This document shows, piece by piece, positions 25,167 to 34,878 of a stretch of 43,416 nucleotides of DNA (positions within the stretch are counted from its first letter, which is position 1; each line of letters opens with the position of its first letter). Position numbers and translations under genes: made by a program. The DNA comes from Myxococcota bacterium (GTDB lineage Bacteria > Myxococcota_A > UBA9160 > PR03). The notes below the pieces were generated by a model, which saw only the letters and a list, made by a program, of their open reading frames with translations, searched no databases and was not told where the DNA came from. The stretch covers positions 1 to 43,416 of the forward strand of contig JBFIML010000038.1 of NCBI GenBank assembly GCA_041611735.1. The letters run 5' to 3'.

Positions 25167-25610
25167 TCAGATGAAGTACATGTGGGAGTCCGCGTGCGCC
25201 CGCGGGATCCCGGCCCGCGCCGCCTCGCGGCACAGCCCCTCGAGGGTCGTGTCGGCCAGGGCCCCCGCGAAGCGCGCCGCGAGCCGCGACCACAGGAAGG
25301 CGGGCCGGTAGGGGCCGGACCCCCGGGCCCGCGGCGCCAGCCAGCGCTCGGCGGGGCCCTCGATCGCCTCCACCACGTCGCGCAGCGTGATCTCGCCCGC
25401 CGGACGCGCCAGGACGTAGCCCCCGCCCGGCCCCCGCTTGCCCTCCACGAGCTTGGCGCGCCGCAGGCGCTGGAAGATCTGCTCCAGATAGCGGGAGGGG
25501 ATGGCCTGGCGCTCGCCCACGACGCGGACCTGGATCGGCTCGCCGTGTCCGTTGTAGGCGAGGTCGAACAGCCCGCAGATTGCATATTGAACCTGGAGGG
25601 AGAGCCGCAT
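25167..25610 (-). CDS. Rrf2 family transcriptional regulator
   Basis: YA...L.DLA, IP.RYLEQIFQRLRRA.LV.GKRGPGGGY.LARP..EITL.DVVEAIEG. It lacks the IscR Cys triad. Confidence 0.93.
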   Translation of the reverse strand: MRLSLQVQYAICGLFDLAYNGHGEPIQVRVVGERQAIPSRYLEQIFQRLRRAKLVEGKRGPGGGYVLARPAGEITLRDVVEAIEGPAERWLAPRARGSGPYRPAFLWSRLAARFAGALADTTLEGLCREAARAGIPRAHADSHMYFI

Positions 25611-25620
25611 GGCCGGGGCG

Positions 25621-25649
25621 AGCATGCAGAGGCCGCCTGGCGGCGTCAA
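25621..25649 (-). promoter_or_regulatory. Sigma70-type promoter for the Rrf2-CPBP pair
   Basis: TTGACG-N17-CATGCT on the minus strand, 10 nt before ATG 25610. Confidence 0.55.
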
Positions 25650-25841
25650 GCGAGGCAAGCGCAGCGGCCCCCGTGACCGCCGCGCCCTTGAAGCATCCGG
25701 GCGGGCCGGGATATCCTGCCGCTGCCCCCGAACGCTCGTCTCACGTCCCCGAGCCGACGGACGGCACCACCGTGGACCCTCTCCCGCCGGAGTTCCTCCG
25801 CGCGGGGCGGTGGTGCGTGCGTCGGCGGAGGGACGACGCAC

Positions 25842-28766
25842 GTGGCCGACGTCGCCGCCTTCCTGGCGGCCCTGAAGGAAAGCGCTCCGCTCCGAGAGGC
25901 GCTGCGACACCACGAGATCCTGGGCACGCAGCGCGGGCGCCATGCGCCGGCGCTCCCCGCCGGCTACGAGGCTCTGGCCCCGCTCCTCGCCCGGCGAGGC
26001 ATCCGCGCCCTCTACGCCCATCAGGCCCGGGCCCTGGAGGGCCTGGCCGCCGGACGCGATCTGGTGCTCGCCACGCCCACCGCGAGCGGCAAGACGCTGG
26101 TCTACAACGCACCGGTGCTGCGCCGCCTGCTGGTGGAGCCCGACGCCCGGGCGCTCTACCTGTTTCCGCTGAAGGCCCTCTCCCAGGACCAACGCAAGCG
26201 GCTGCGGGAGGATCTCGAAGCCCTCGGCGCCGATCCCGAGGCGGTGCAGATCTACGACGGCGATACGCCCGAGGCCCGTCGGCGCCGCATCCGCAGGGCG
26301 CCGCCCCGCGTGCTGGTGACGACCCCCGACATGCTGCATCGCGGGATCCTGCCCCACCACGGCAGCTGGCGCGCGCTCTTCACGAACCTGCACACGGTGG
26401 TGGTGGACGAGCTGCACGCCTACCGAGGCATCTTCGGCGCCCACATGGCCCAGGTGATGCGCAGGCTGTTGCGCGTGGCAGCGTACCACGGGGCCCGACC
26501 GCAGCTCGTGGCCGCCTCGGCCACGGTGGCGAACCCGGGGGAGCTGGCGGCGGCGCTCACCGGGCGCAGCTTCGACGTGGTGGCCAGCGACGGGGCCCCA
26601 CGCCCGCGCCGCCACGTCCTGTTGCTCAACCCCGGCGGCTCCCCCTATGCGCTGGCGGCGCGCCTGTTCCGACTCGGCGTGGGCCTCGGGCTGCGCACCA
26701 TCGCGTTCACCAAGGCGCGGCGCGTGACCGAGCTGATGCACGCGTGGGTGGTGGAGGCGGAGCCTGCCCTGCGCGATCGGGTGAGCTCCTATCGGGCCGG
26801 CTTCCTCCCCGAGGAGCGTCGCGAGATCGAGCAGCGCCTCTTCTCCGGGGATCTGCTCGGCGTGATCTCCACGTCGGCCCTCGAGATGGGCATCGACGTC
26901 GGGTTCCTGGACGTGTGCGTGCTGGTGGGCTACCCGGGCAGCCAGATCGCCACCTGGCAGCGCGCGGGCCGGGTGGGGCGCACCCGCGAGGCGGCCATCG
27001 CCCTGGTGGCCCAGCCCGACGCCCTCGATCAGTACCTGGTCGCCCACCCGCGCGTCCTCTTCGAGCGCGGCTTCGAGCACGCGGTGGTGGATGCCCACAA
27101 CGCCGAGGTGGCCGCGGCCCATCTGCCCTGCGCCGCGGCGGAGCTGCCGCTTCGCATCGACGAGCCCTGGCTGGCCGAGTCGGGTGCCCGGGAGAACGTG
27201 GCGCGCAGCGAGGCCGACGCCCGCCTGCTGCGCAGCGAGTCGGGCGGCGAGTGGTTCGCCGCCCGCCGCCTCCCACACCGGGACGTGGACCTGCGCCAGG
27301 CTGGCGCGAGCTTCTCCATCGAGCTCGCGGACCCGGCAGGGAGTCGCCCCCGGGTGATCGGCACCGTGGGCGCCGCCAACGTCTTCACCGAGTGTCACGA
27401 GGGCGCCATCTATCTGCACCGGGCCCGGCAGTTCCTGGTGACCGATCTCGAGCTCGACGCCCGCCGGGTGACGGTTCGCGCCGTGAACGTTCCCTTCTAT
27501 ACCCGGGCGCTCTCGGAGAAGGAGACGGAGATCCTCTCCCGGGACGCCGCGCGACCCGCCGGGAACTTCCGGCTGGTGCGGGGGCGCCTGCGCGTCACGA
27601 CGCGGGTGACGGGCTTCGAGCGGCGCCGCGTGCACGGCCAGGACCTGCTGGCCACGGAGCCCCTCGAGCTGCCGCCCACCTGCTTCGAGACCGCGGGCAT
27701 CTGGCTCGAGATCCCCGACGAGGTGCCGGAGACGGTGCGCAGGGGCGGCGGCCATCCGATGGGGGCGCTCCACGCGCTCGAGCATGCTGCCCTCTCGCTG
27801 TTCCCGCTCTTCGCCCTGTGCGATCGCCACGACGTGGGCGGCATCTCCACCCTGCGCCACGCGCAGGTGGGCCGGGCCGCCATCTTCCTCTACGACGGAC
27901 ACCCGGGTGGCGTCGGGATCGCGGCGAGCCTGTTCGACCGGGCGGAGCAGCTGCTCACGACCACGCTCGAGCTGGTGGAGGACTGTGCCTGCGAGGCGGG
28001 CTGTCCGGGCTGCGTGCACTCCCCGAAGTGCGGCAGCGGGAACCGTCCCATCGACAAGCCGGGCGCCGCGCGCGCACTGCGGCTGCTGCTGGGGCGGGAG
28101 GCGCTGCCGGCGCAGACCGCGCCCCGGCTGGAGCAGACGCCCGAGCCGGACTGCAGCGCCGTGGAGACGCCGCCGCAGCCGCCGCGGGTGCTCTACCTCG
28201 ACCTCGAGACCCGCCGCAGCGCCGAGGAGGTGGGCGGCTGGCACAACGCCCACCTCATGCGCCTGGCCGTGGCCGTGATCTACGACGCCCGGGCCGACCG
28301 CTTCGAGACCTACGAGGAGGGTGCGGTCCACGACCTGCTGCGGCGCCTGGCCGAGGCGGACCTCGTGGTGGGCTTCAACGTGCTGCGCTTCGACTACGCC
28401 GTGCTGCGGGGCTACACCGAGCAGGACCTGCGCCGGCTCCCCACCTTCGACGTCCTCGAGGCCATCCGGGAGCGGATCGGCTTTCGGCTCTCCCTCGGGC
28501 ACCTGACCGAAACCACCCTGGGCACACCCAAGAGCGCCGACGGTCTGCAGGCCCTCAACTGGTGGCGGGAGGGTGCCGTGGCCCGGGTCGTCGAGTATTG
28601 CCGCCGCGACGTCGCCCTGCTGCGCGACCTCCTGGCTCACGCCCTCGAGCGGGGCCACCTGCTCTTCTGCACCCGCAACGGGGAGCGTGTGCGCATCCCG
28701 ACTCCCTGGTCGCTGCCGGAGCTGGTGGAGCAGGCCCGGGCGCGCGGCCCGGAGGCGCCTCAGTGA
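25842..28766 (+). CDS. SF2 DEAH helicase with DUF1998 (MrfA/Hrq1/SftH-like) fused to a C-terminal DEDD exonuclease (YprB/MrfB-like)
   Basis: TPTASGKT, DELH, SAT, ALEMGIDVG, QRAGRVGR and CACEAGCPGC motifs, followed by YLDLET...GFN..RFD...YC..DV. Confidence 0.9.
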   Translation: MADVAAFLAALKESAPLREALRHHEILGTQRGRHAPALPAGYEALAPLLARRGIRALYAHQARALEGLAAGRDLVLATPTASGKTLVYNAPVLRRLLVEPDARALYLFPLKALSQDQRKRLREDLEALGADPEAVQIYDGDTPEARRRRIRRAPPRVLVTTPDMLHRGILPHHGSWRALFTNLHTVVVDELHAYRGIFGAHMAQVMRRLLRVAAYHGARPQLVAASATVANPGELAAALTGRSFDVVASDGAPRPRRHVLLLNPGGSPYALAARLFRLGVGLGLRTIAFTKARRVTELMHAWVVEAEPALRDRVSSYRAGFLPEERREIEQRLFSGDLLGVISTSALEMGIDVGFLDVCVLVGYPGSQIATWQRAGRVGRTREAAIALVAQPDALDQYLVAHPRVLFERGFEHAVVDAHNAEVAAAHLPCAAAELPLRIDEPWLAESGARENVARSEADARLLRSESGGEWFAARRLPHRDVDLRQAGASFSIELADPAGSRPRVIGTVGAANVFTECHEGAIYLHRARQFLVTDLELDARRVTVRAVNVPFYTRALSEKETEILSRDAARPAGNFRLVRGRLRVTTRVTGFERRRVHGQDLLATEPLELPPTCFETAGIWLEIPDEVPETVRRGGGHPMGALHALEHAALSLFPLFALCDRHDVGGISTLRHAQVGRAAIFLYDGHPGGVGIAASLFDRAEQLLTTTLELVEDCACEAGCPGCVHSPKCGSGNRPIDKPGAARALRLLLGREALPAQTAPRLEQTPEPDCSAVETPPQPPRVLYLDLETRRSAEEVGGWHNAHLMRLAVAVIYDARADRFETYEEGAVHDLLRRLAEADLVVGFNVLRFDYAVLRGYTEQDLRRLPTFDVLEAIRERIGFRLSLGHLTETTLGTPKSADGLQALNWWREGAVARVVEYCRRDVALLRDLLAHALERGHLLFCTRNGERVRIPTPWSLPELVEQARARGPEAPQ

Positions 28767-29047
28767 AGGGTGGCGACTTCGCCGAGCCGGCCGTCGAGCA
28801 CCTCGAAGTAGAGCAGCACCAACACGTGTTGCAGCTCGCGCGGGAGCGCGGCGATGAACTGGCGCGCCTCGCTGGCGCTCGGAAGCGCGAGCAGCTGCAC
28901 CAGGACGAGCTCGACGTCGGTGCGACGCTGCTCGGCCATGACGTGGAGCGCCTCGCCGTCCTCGGCGAAGGCCTCGGCGATGATGCCGGGCTCGAACAGC
29001 AGGTGGATGCCCCGCTCCGCGGAGTAGAAGATCCCTTCGGCGTCCAT
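28760..29047 (-). CDS. Small hypothetical protein (95 aa)
   Basis: 3' end of shadow ORF 28760..32668. From ATG 29047 the composition is protein-like (MDAEGIFYSAERGIHLLFEP...). It fills an otherwise empty gap. Confidence 0.7.
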   Translation of the reverse strand: MDAEGIFYSAERGIHLLFEPGIIAEAFAEDGEALHVMAEQRRTDVELVLVQLLALPSASEARQFIAALPRELQHVLVLLYFEVLDGRLGEVATLH

Positions 29048-29140
29048 GCTTGGCCCCCGGGGGGCGGCGGCAACTCCCCGCCAACCCGTGGCAGGCTGGA
29101 TCGGCCACCCGGCCGGCCGGGTTGAGCGGGGGGCGGAGGC

Positions 29141-30265
29141 GTGAACTGGGAGCGGACGCGGAGCTTCTTCCCGGTGTGCCGGGAGCTCGTATACCTGAAC
29201 CACGCCGGCGTGGCCCCCATCTCCACCCGGGCGCAGGAGGCCCTGGCGCGCTACGCGGCGGAGGCCACCCGCCGCGGAGCCTTCGACTACGCCCGCGTCT
29301 ACGACGCGGAGGTCGAGCGCGTGCGCGGCCGCGCGGCGCTCCTGCTCGGCGCCCGGCCCGAGGAGATCGCGTTCGTGCGGAATACGAGCGAGGGCCTCGG
29401 GATCGTGGCGAACGGACTCGACTGGCGTCCCCGCGACCGGATCCTGACCTGCGACCTCGAGTACCCCTCCAACGTGTACCCCTGGTGGAGCCTGCGCGAC
29501 CGGGACGTGGAGACCGTGATGCTGCGCGGGAGCGAGGGGCGCCTGCCGCTCGAACGGGTGGACGAGGCGCTGCGGGATCCGCGCGTACGGCTGCTGGCGC
29601 TCTCCTCGGTCGAATACGGCAGCGGCTTCCGCAACGATCTGGTGACCCTCGGGCGGCTGTGTCGGGACCGAGGCGTGCTCTTCTGCGTGGACGCGATCCA
29701 GAGCGTCGGCTGCCTGCCACTCGACGTGGAGGAGGCCGGTGTGGACTTCCTGGCCGCCGACGGCCACAAGTGGCTGCTCTCGGTGGAGGGTTGCGGGATC
29801 TTCTTCTGCTCGCGCCGGGTCCTGGATCGGGTGCGCCCCCGGGTGGTGGGCTGGCGCAGCGTCGTCGACAACTGGGACTACGACCGCTACCACCTGGAGC
29901 TGCAGCCCGGGGCCGGCCGCTTCGAGGACGGCAGCCCCAACACGGCGGGCATCTTCGCGCTGGGAGCGGCGGTGGATCTCCTGCTCGAGCTCGGCCTGGA
30001 AGCCGTCGAGACGCGCGTCCACGACCTCACCCAGCGCCTGGTGCAGGGACTGCGTGCGCGAGGCTTCCCGGTGCTGAGCCCGCGCGCCCGCGGCGAGACC
30101 TCGGGCATCGTCTCCTTCCAGGTGCCGGGGGAGCCGGTGGGTCGCAGCGTGGAGCGGCTGCGCGAGCAACGCATCTTCGTGGTGGCGCGCCGTGGCGGAG
30201 TGCGTGCCTCGCCGCACTTCTACAACTCCGAGGGCGAGATCGACTCCCTCCTGGCGGCGCTCTGA
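29141..30265 (+). CDS. Aminotransferase class V PLP-dependent enzyme (cysteine desulfurase/lyase-like fold)
   Basis: YLNHAGVAP, NTSEG, DAIQSVG, DGHKWL and VRASPHFYN motifs. GGAGG RBS. No SufS/IscS catalytic Cys loop. Confidence 0.88.
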   Translation: MNWERTRSFFPVCRELVYLNHAGVAPISTRAQEALARYAAEATRRGAFDYARVYDAEVERVRGRAALLLGARPEEIAFVRNTSEGLGIVANGLDWRPRDRILTCDLEYPSNVYPWWSLRDRDVETVMLRGSEGRLPLERVDEALRDPRVRLLALSSVEYGSGFRNDLVTLGRLCRDRGVLFCVDAIQSVGCLPLDVEEAGVDFLAADGHKWLLSVEGCGIFFCSRRVLDRVRPRVVGWRSVVDNWDYDRYHLELQPGAGRFEDGSPNTAGIFALGAAVDLLLELGLEAVETRVHDLTQRLVQGLRARGFPVLSPRARGETSGIVSFQVPGEPVGRSVERLREQRIFVVARRGGVRASPHFYNSEGEIDSLLAAL

Positions 30266-30334
30266 GCGCCAGGGAACGAGCCCGGATCTCTCACCGGGTC
30301 GCGTAGCGAGGCGGTGCAGATGGAAGTGAGGTCG

Positions 30335-31471
30335 ATGCGGATCGCCCTGGTGCACGACTGGCTCACCGGGCTGCGAGGTGGCGAGCGGGTCCTCGACGCC
30401 CTGGCGGAGCTCTTCCCCGGGGCCCATCTCTACACGCTGGTGCACGTTCCCGGCTCGACGACACCGGCCATCGAACGACTGCCCATCCGAACCAGCCCGC
30501 TCGACCGGCTGCCCGGCGCGCGCCGGCACTGGCGGGCGTTCCTGCCCTTGTACCCGTGGGCGATCGGGCGCTTCCACCTGACCGGCTACGACCTCGTGCT
30601 GTCGGTGAGCCACGCGGTGGCCAAGGCGGTGCCGCACGCTCCCGACGTCCCGCATCTCTGCTACTGCCTGACGCCGATGCGCTACGTCTGGGACCAGCGC
30701 GACGCCTACCTGGGCGGCGGGCTGCGCCGCGCCCTGGCGGCGCCCCTGGTGCACGCCCTGCGCCGCTTCGATCGGCGCACCAGCGGTCCCGACCAGGTGA
30801 CCCGCTTCCTGGCCATCTCCCACGCGGTGGCCGATCGCATCGGCCGTCACTACGGCCGCATGGCCACCGTGGTGCCGCCGCCCGTGGACGTGGAGCGCTT
30901 CCACCCGAGCGGGCACCCTGCCGAGGACTTCTACCTGCTGGTGGGCGCCTTCGTACCCTACAAGCGCGAAGACCTCGTACTCGAAGCCTTCCGCGCCCTG
31001 CCGCGCCGACTCGTGGTGGTGGGCGACGGGCCGGGACGTCGCGCGCTCGAGCGTCGTGCGCCACCCGGCGTGGTCTTCACGGGCCGCGTGTCCGAGACGG
31101 AGCTCGCCTCCCTGTACGCGCGCTGCCGCGCCCTGCTCTATCCGCAGGAGGAGGACTTCGGGATCGCCGCCGTGGAGGCGCAGGCGGCGGGACGGCCCGT
31201 AATCGCCTTCGCGCGAGGCGGCGCCCTCGACACCGTGCGCCTGCTGGTGGGGCCGCCCGAGGCGGCCGCGCGCGCCACGGGGGTCGGCTTCCGCACGCAG
31301 ACCCCCGAGGCGCTGGGGGAGGCCGTGCTTCGCTTCGAGAGCGCCGAGCCCTTCTTCGATGCGAAGACGATCCGCGCCCAGGCGGAGCGCTTCGCGGCCG
31401 GCCGCTTCCGACGCGCCATGCATCGCGAGGTGGAGCGTTTGCTCTCCCCGGGCGCCGCCGCCCGCGATTGA
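30335..31471 (+). CDS. GT4 family glycosyltransferase
   Basis: MRIALVHDWL...RGGERVL, YC.TPMRY.W and EEDFGI..VEAQAAGRPVIA motifs. Confidence 0.92.
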   Translation: MRIALVHDWLTGLRGGERVLDALAELFPGAHLYTLVHVPGSTTPAIERLPIRTSPLDRLPGARRHWRAFLPLYPWAIGRFHLTGYDLVLSVSHAVAKAVPHAPDVPHLCYCLTPMRYVWDQRDAYLGGGLRRALAAPLVHALRRFDRRTSGPDQVTRFLAISHAVADRIGRHYGRMATVVPPPVDVERFHPSGHPAEDFYLLVGAFVPYKREDLVLEAFRALPRRLVVVGDGPGRRALERRAPPGVVFTGRVSETELASLYARCRALLYPQEEDFGIAAVEAQAAGRPVIAFARGGALDTVRLLVGPPEAAARATGVGFRTQTPEALGEAVLRFESAEPFFDAKTIRAQAERFAAGRFRRAMHREVERLLSPGAAARD

Positions 31472-31528
31472 CGATTCGCGCGGCCAGGAGGTAGCGTGGC
31501 CAGATCCTCGTGCCACGGATCCCCTTCG

Positions 31529-32701
31529 ATGGCGAAGACGATGCACGTGCCGCTGCTCGACCTGAAGGCCCAGTACGCCTCGATCCGCGAGCCCGTCCGG
31601 GCGGCCATCGACCGGGTCCTGGAGAGCCAGTCCTTCGTGCTGGGTCCCGAGGTGGAGGGGCTCGAGAAGGAGCTGGCCGACTACTGCGAGGTGACCCACG
31701 CGATCGGCTGCGCATCCGGCTCGGACGCGATCCTGCTGGCGCTCATGGCCCACGGGGTCGGGGCCGGCGATGAAGTCCTGTGTCCCGCCTACACCTTCTT
31801 CGCCACCGCCGGCTCCGTGGCGCGGCTCGGGGCGGTGCCGGTGTTCGTGGACATCGATCCGGCCACCTACAACATGGATCCCGTGGCGGCGCGGGCGGCG
31901 GCGGCCCGCTGCCGGCGCCTGCGGGCAATCCAGCCGGTGCACCTGTTCGGACAGGCTGCCGACCCGGAGGCCTGGCTGGCCCTGGGCCGGGAGTACGGCG
32001 TCCCCGTGATCGAGGATGCGGCCCAGGCCATCGGAGCCCGCGACGCGTCGGGTCGGCGCGTCGGTTCGCGGAGCACGGTGGGCTGCTTCAGCTTCTTTCC
32101 CTCCAAGAACCTGGGCGGGTACGGGGACGGGGGGCTCCTCACCACGAACGATTCCGAGCTGGCCGATCGGCTGCGGCTGCTGCGCATGCACGGCTCCCGG
32201 GACCGCTACCTGCATCCGCTGCTCGGCGTGAACTCGCGCCTCGACGCCCTGCAGGCCGCAGTGCTGCGCGTCAAGCTGGTGCACCTGGACGCCTGGAGCG
32301 CAGCGCGGCGCGAGCACGCCGCGAGCTATGACCGCGCCTTCGCCGCGCTGGGAGCCAGACCCTCCTCGGTGCCCTGGGCGCCGGGGGGATTCCCCGTGCG
32401 CACGCCCGCCGCCCCGCCCGAGCCGGCCTGGCACGTCTACAACCAGTACGTGATCCGCATCCCCGCGGAGCGCCGGGATGCCCTGCAGAAGCACCTGGCC
32501 GCCGGCGGCATCGGCAGCGCGATCTACTATCCCCTGGGCCTGCACCTGCAGGACTGCTTCGCGCCCCTGGGCTACCGGCCCGGCTCGCTCCCGGAGACCG
32601 AGCGCGCCTCGCGCGAGACCCTGGCGCTGCCGGTCTACCCGGAGCTTACGCCCGCGCAGCTCGACCACGTGGTCGCGTCGGTCGCCGAGTTCCTGGCCTA
32701 G
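31529..32701 (+). CDS. DegT/DnrJ/EryC1/StrS (WbpE-like) sugar aminotransferase
   Basis: VPLLDLKAQY, EDAAQAIG, FSFFPSKNLGGYGDGG and NSRLDALQAA motifs. The start could also be 31496 or 31541. Confidence 0.93.
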   Translation: MAKTMHVPLLDLKAQYASIREPVRAAIDRVLESQSFVLGPEVEGLEKELADYCEVTHAIGCASGSDAILLALMAHGVGAGDEVLCPAYTFFATAGSVARLGAVPVFVDIDPATYNMDPVAARAAAARCRRLRAIQPVHLFGQAADPEAWLALGREYGVPVIEDAAQAIGARDASGRRVGSRSTVGCFSFFPSKNLGGYGDGGLLTTNDSELADRLRLLRMHGSRDRYLHPLLGVNSRLDALQAAVLRVKLVHLDAWSAARREHAASYDRAFAALGARPSSVPWAPGGFPVRTPAAPPEPAWHVYNQYVIRIPAERRDALQKHLAAGGIGSAIYYPLGLHLQDCFAPLGYRPGSLPETERASRETLALPVYPELTPAQLDHVVASVAEFLA

Positions 32702-34878
32702 GAGTCGGGGCCCGGTCGGGGCGGCTCGGCGGGCAGGCGGCGGAGCAGCGAGAAGTCGATCCAGGCCCGCGCGGGGTCCACGCGCTCGACCAGCACCCGG
32801 ACCCGGTCGCCGAGCCGGAAGCGCTCACCCGTGGCGGCAATCACGAGCGCGTAGGCCCGTTCGTCGAGGGTTGCGTAGCCGCGCAGCGATCCCACGTGCA
32901 CCCGGCCCTCGACGAAGACCGCGTCGAGCGTGACGTAGAAGCCGTGTCTTGCGATGCCCGTGATGGTGCCGTCGAACTCCTCCCCGAGGCGTCGGGCCAT
33001 GAAGGCGCACTTCTTCAGCTCCACCGCCTCGCGCTCGGCTTCCATGGCCACGCGCTCGAGCAGCGAGAGACGGGCAGCGACTCCGGTCAACGCCGCGGCG
33101 CGCCCCCCGGCGCGCCGGCGCGCCTCCGCTCCCGCGTCGAGCCAATCCCGGAGCGCCCGATGCACCACCAGATCCGCGTAGCGTCGGATCGGCGACGTGA
33201 AGTGCGTGTAGGTGCCGAAGGCCAGGGCAAAGTGGCCGGCGTTGCGGGGCGCATAGCGCGCCTGGCGCATGGAGCGCAGCGCCACCAGGTTCACGAGTCT
33301 CTCCTCGGGCCGCCCGGCCACGCGTTGGATGGCCCGGGCGATCTCGGCCGGGGCCGCGGGAGCCTGGCGGCGCGCCTCGAGCAGCCCGAACGAGGCCAGC
33401 AGGTCGCGCAGCCCTTCCAGGTCCTCGGGCCGCGGCGGCTCGTGCACCCGGTAGAGCGTCGGCACCTCGGCCGCCTCCAGCCACTCGGCCACCGCCCGGT
33501 TGGCGGCCAGCATCGCCTCCTCGATGGCACGGTGGGCGACGCTGCGGGGCGCCTCCACGATGTCCACCGGATGGCCGTCGTCGCCCAGGACGATCTCGGC
33601 CGCCGGGAGGTCGAAGTCGATGGAGCCGGCCGCGAAGCGTCGCCGGACGAGGCGCCGGCCCAGCTGCGCCAGCTCGCCCAGGGCGACCTCGAGCGGGTCC
33701 TGGCTCGGGGCGCCTCCCTCCATGACCGCCGCCGCCTGCTCGTAGGACAGGCGGCGGCGGCTCCGGATCACCGCCGGGTAGAAGGCGCGACGACGTACGG
33801 CCGCTCCGCCGTCGAACTCGAGCTCCACCACGAGGGCCAGCCGGTCCACCTCCGGACGCAGGGAGCAGAGCTCGCCCGAAAGCCGCTCCGGGAGCATCGG
33901 CACGGCACGATCCGGAAAGTAGACGCTGTTGCCGCGGCGCAACGCCTCCCGATCCAGGGCCGAGCCCTCGGGCACGTAGTGGGACACGTCGGCGATGGCC
34001 ACCCACAGGCGCCATCCATCCTCGGCCTGGCGTTCCACGAGCACCGCGTCGTCGTGGTCACGCGCGTTGGCCGGGTCGATGGTGACGAAGCAGCGCTGGC
34101 GCAGGTCCACACGGCGGGCGATCTCTCGAGGGTCGAGCCCCGCTTCCAGGCGGGACGCCTCCTCTTGCACCGCGTCCGGGAAGGCGACCGGAATGCGATG
34201 GCGCCAGACCACGGCGCGGAAATCCGCCTCCGGGCTCCCGGGCGGCCCGAGCACCTCCACCACGCGCATCCAGGGACGACGCGCGGGAGCCACCACCACC
34301 CAGTCGCCCTCCCGGGCCGCCCCCAGGTCTCCGCGCCGTACCCGCACGCTCGACGGCCCCTCGTCCCGGTAGGGCACCACGGTGGCGCCCAGGGGATCCG
34401 TGGTGATGATTCCCACCAGCTCCGGGCGCGAGCCTTCGACGACGCGTACCAGCTCGGCCCGCCCCCGACTCCCGCCGGCGCCCGGGTCGAGCAGCACCCG
34501 GTCGCCGGGACGCCCCGCTCCCGCGTCCGCGAGACGCCAGCGGGTTCCGTCGTCCTCGACGACCACGGCTCCGTCCGGGCCGGGCCGGGAAGGCTGCAGG
34601 ACCCCCTCGCGCAGCGTATCCTCCCGGCGCAGCCGGTAGCGACCGGCGCGCCGCTCCAGGCGTCCCTCCGCCACCAGCTGGCGCAACACGCGCGCCAGGC
34701 CTCTTCGGCCGCGGCGATCCACACCGAGCTCCCGAGCCAGCTCCGCAGGTGCCAGGGCTCTGCGGCCACGCTGCGTCAACGCGCGCAGCACCCGCTCCGG
34801 GGTGGCCGGCTCGGGCGCGCGCCGACGCCCGCTGCCACGCGGGCCTGCGCGCCGCTGCCTGCGATCCCGACGTGCCAT
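32698..34878 (-). CDS. rnr: Ribonuclease R
   Basis: N-terminal HTH, TIDP..ARDHDDA catalytic motif, NSVYFPDRAVPMLPE.LS, THFTSPIRRYADL and a C-terminal S1 domain. Confidence 0.93.
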   Translation of the reverse strand: MARRDRRQRRAGPRGSGRRRAPEPATPERVLRALTQRGRRALAPAELARELGVDRRGRRGLARVLRQLVAEGRLERRAGRYRLRREDTLREGVLQPSRPGPDGAVVVEDDGTRWRLADAGAGRPGDRVLLDPGAGGSRGRAELVRVVEGSRPELVGIITTDPLGATVVPYRDEGPSSVRVRRGDLGAAREGDWVVVAPARRPWMRVVEVLGPPGSPEADFRAVVWRHRIPVAFPDAVQEEASRLEAGLDPREIARRVDLRQRCFVTIDPANARDHDDAVLVERQAEDGWRLWVAIADVSHYVPEGSALDREALRRGNSVYFPDRAVPMLPERLSGELCSLRPEVDRLALVVELEFDGGAAVRRRAFYPAVIRSRRRLSYEQAAAVMEGGAPSQDPLEVALGELAQLGRRLVRRRFAAGSIDFDLPAAEIVLGDDGHPVDIVEAPRSVAHRAIEEAMLAANRAVAEWLEAAEVPTLYRVHEPPRPEDLEGLRDLLASFGLLEARRQAPAAPAEIARAIQRVAGRPEERLVNLVALRSMRQARYAPRNAGHFALAFGTYTHFTSPIRRYADLVVHRALRDWLDAGAEARRRAGGRAAALTGVAARLSLLERVAMEAEREAVELKKCAFMARRLGEEFDGTITGIARHGFYVTLDAVFVEGRVHVGSLRGYATLDERAYALVIAATGERFRLGDRVRVLVERVDPARAWIDFSLLRRLPAEPPRPGPDS

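Noticed and set aside
29141-30265. Calling this iscS/sufS and the Rrf2 gene iscR
   Set aside because: The catalytic Cys loop is absent, the Rrf2 lacks the Cys triad, the genes are not adjacent, and there are no scaffold genes.
25167-32668. Very long ORFs such as 25167..29720 (1517 aa), 28760..32668 (1302 aa) and 25580..29125, and similar ones elsewhere (12087..16301, 15968..19318)
   Set aside because: They are low-complexity Arg/Gly/Pro/Ala translations antisense or out of frame to clear genes, as expected at this GC content. Only the 3' ends of some are real genes.
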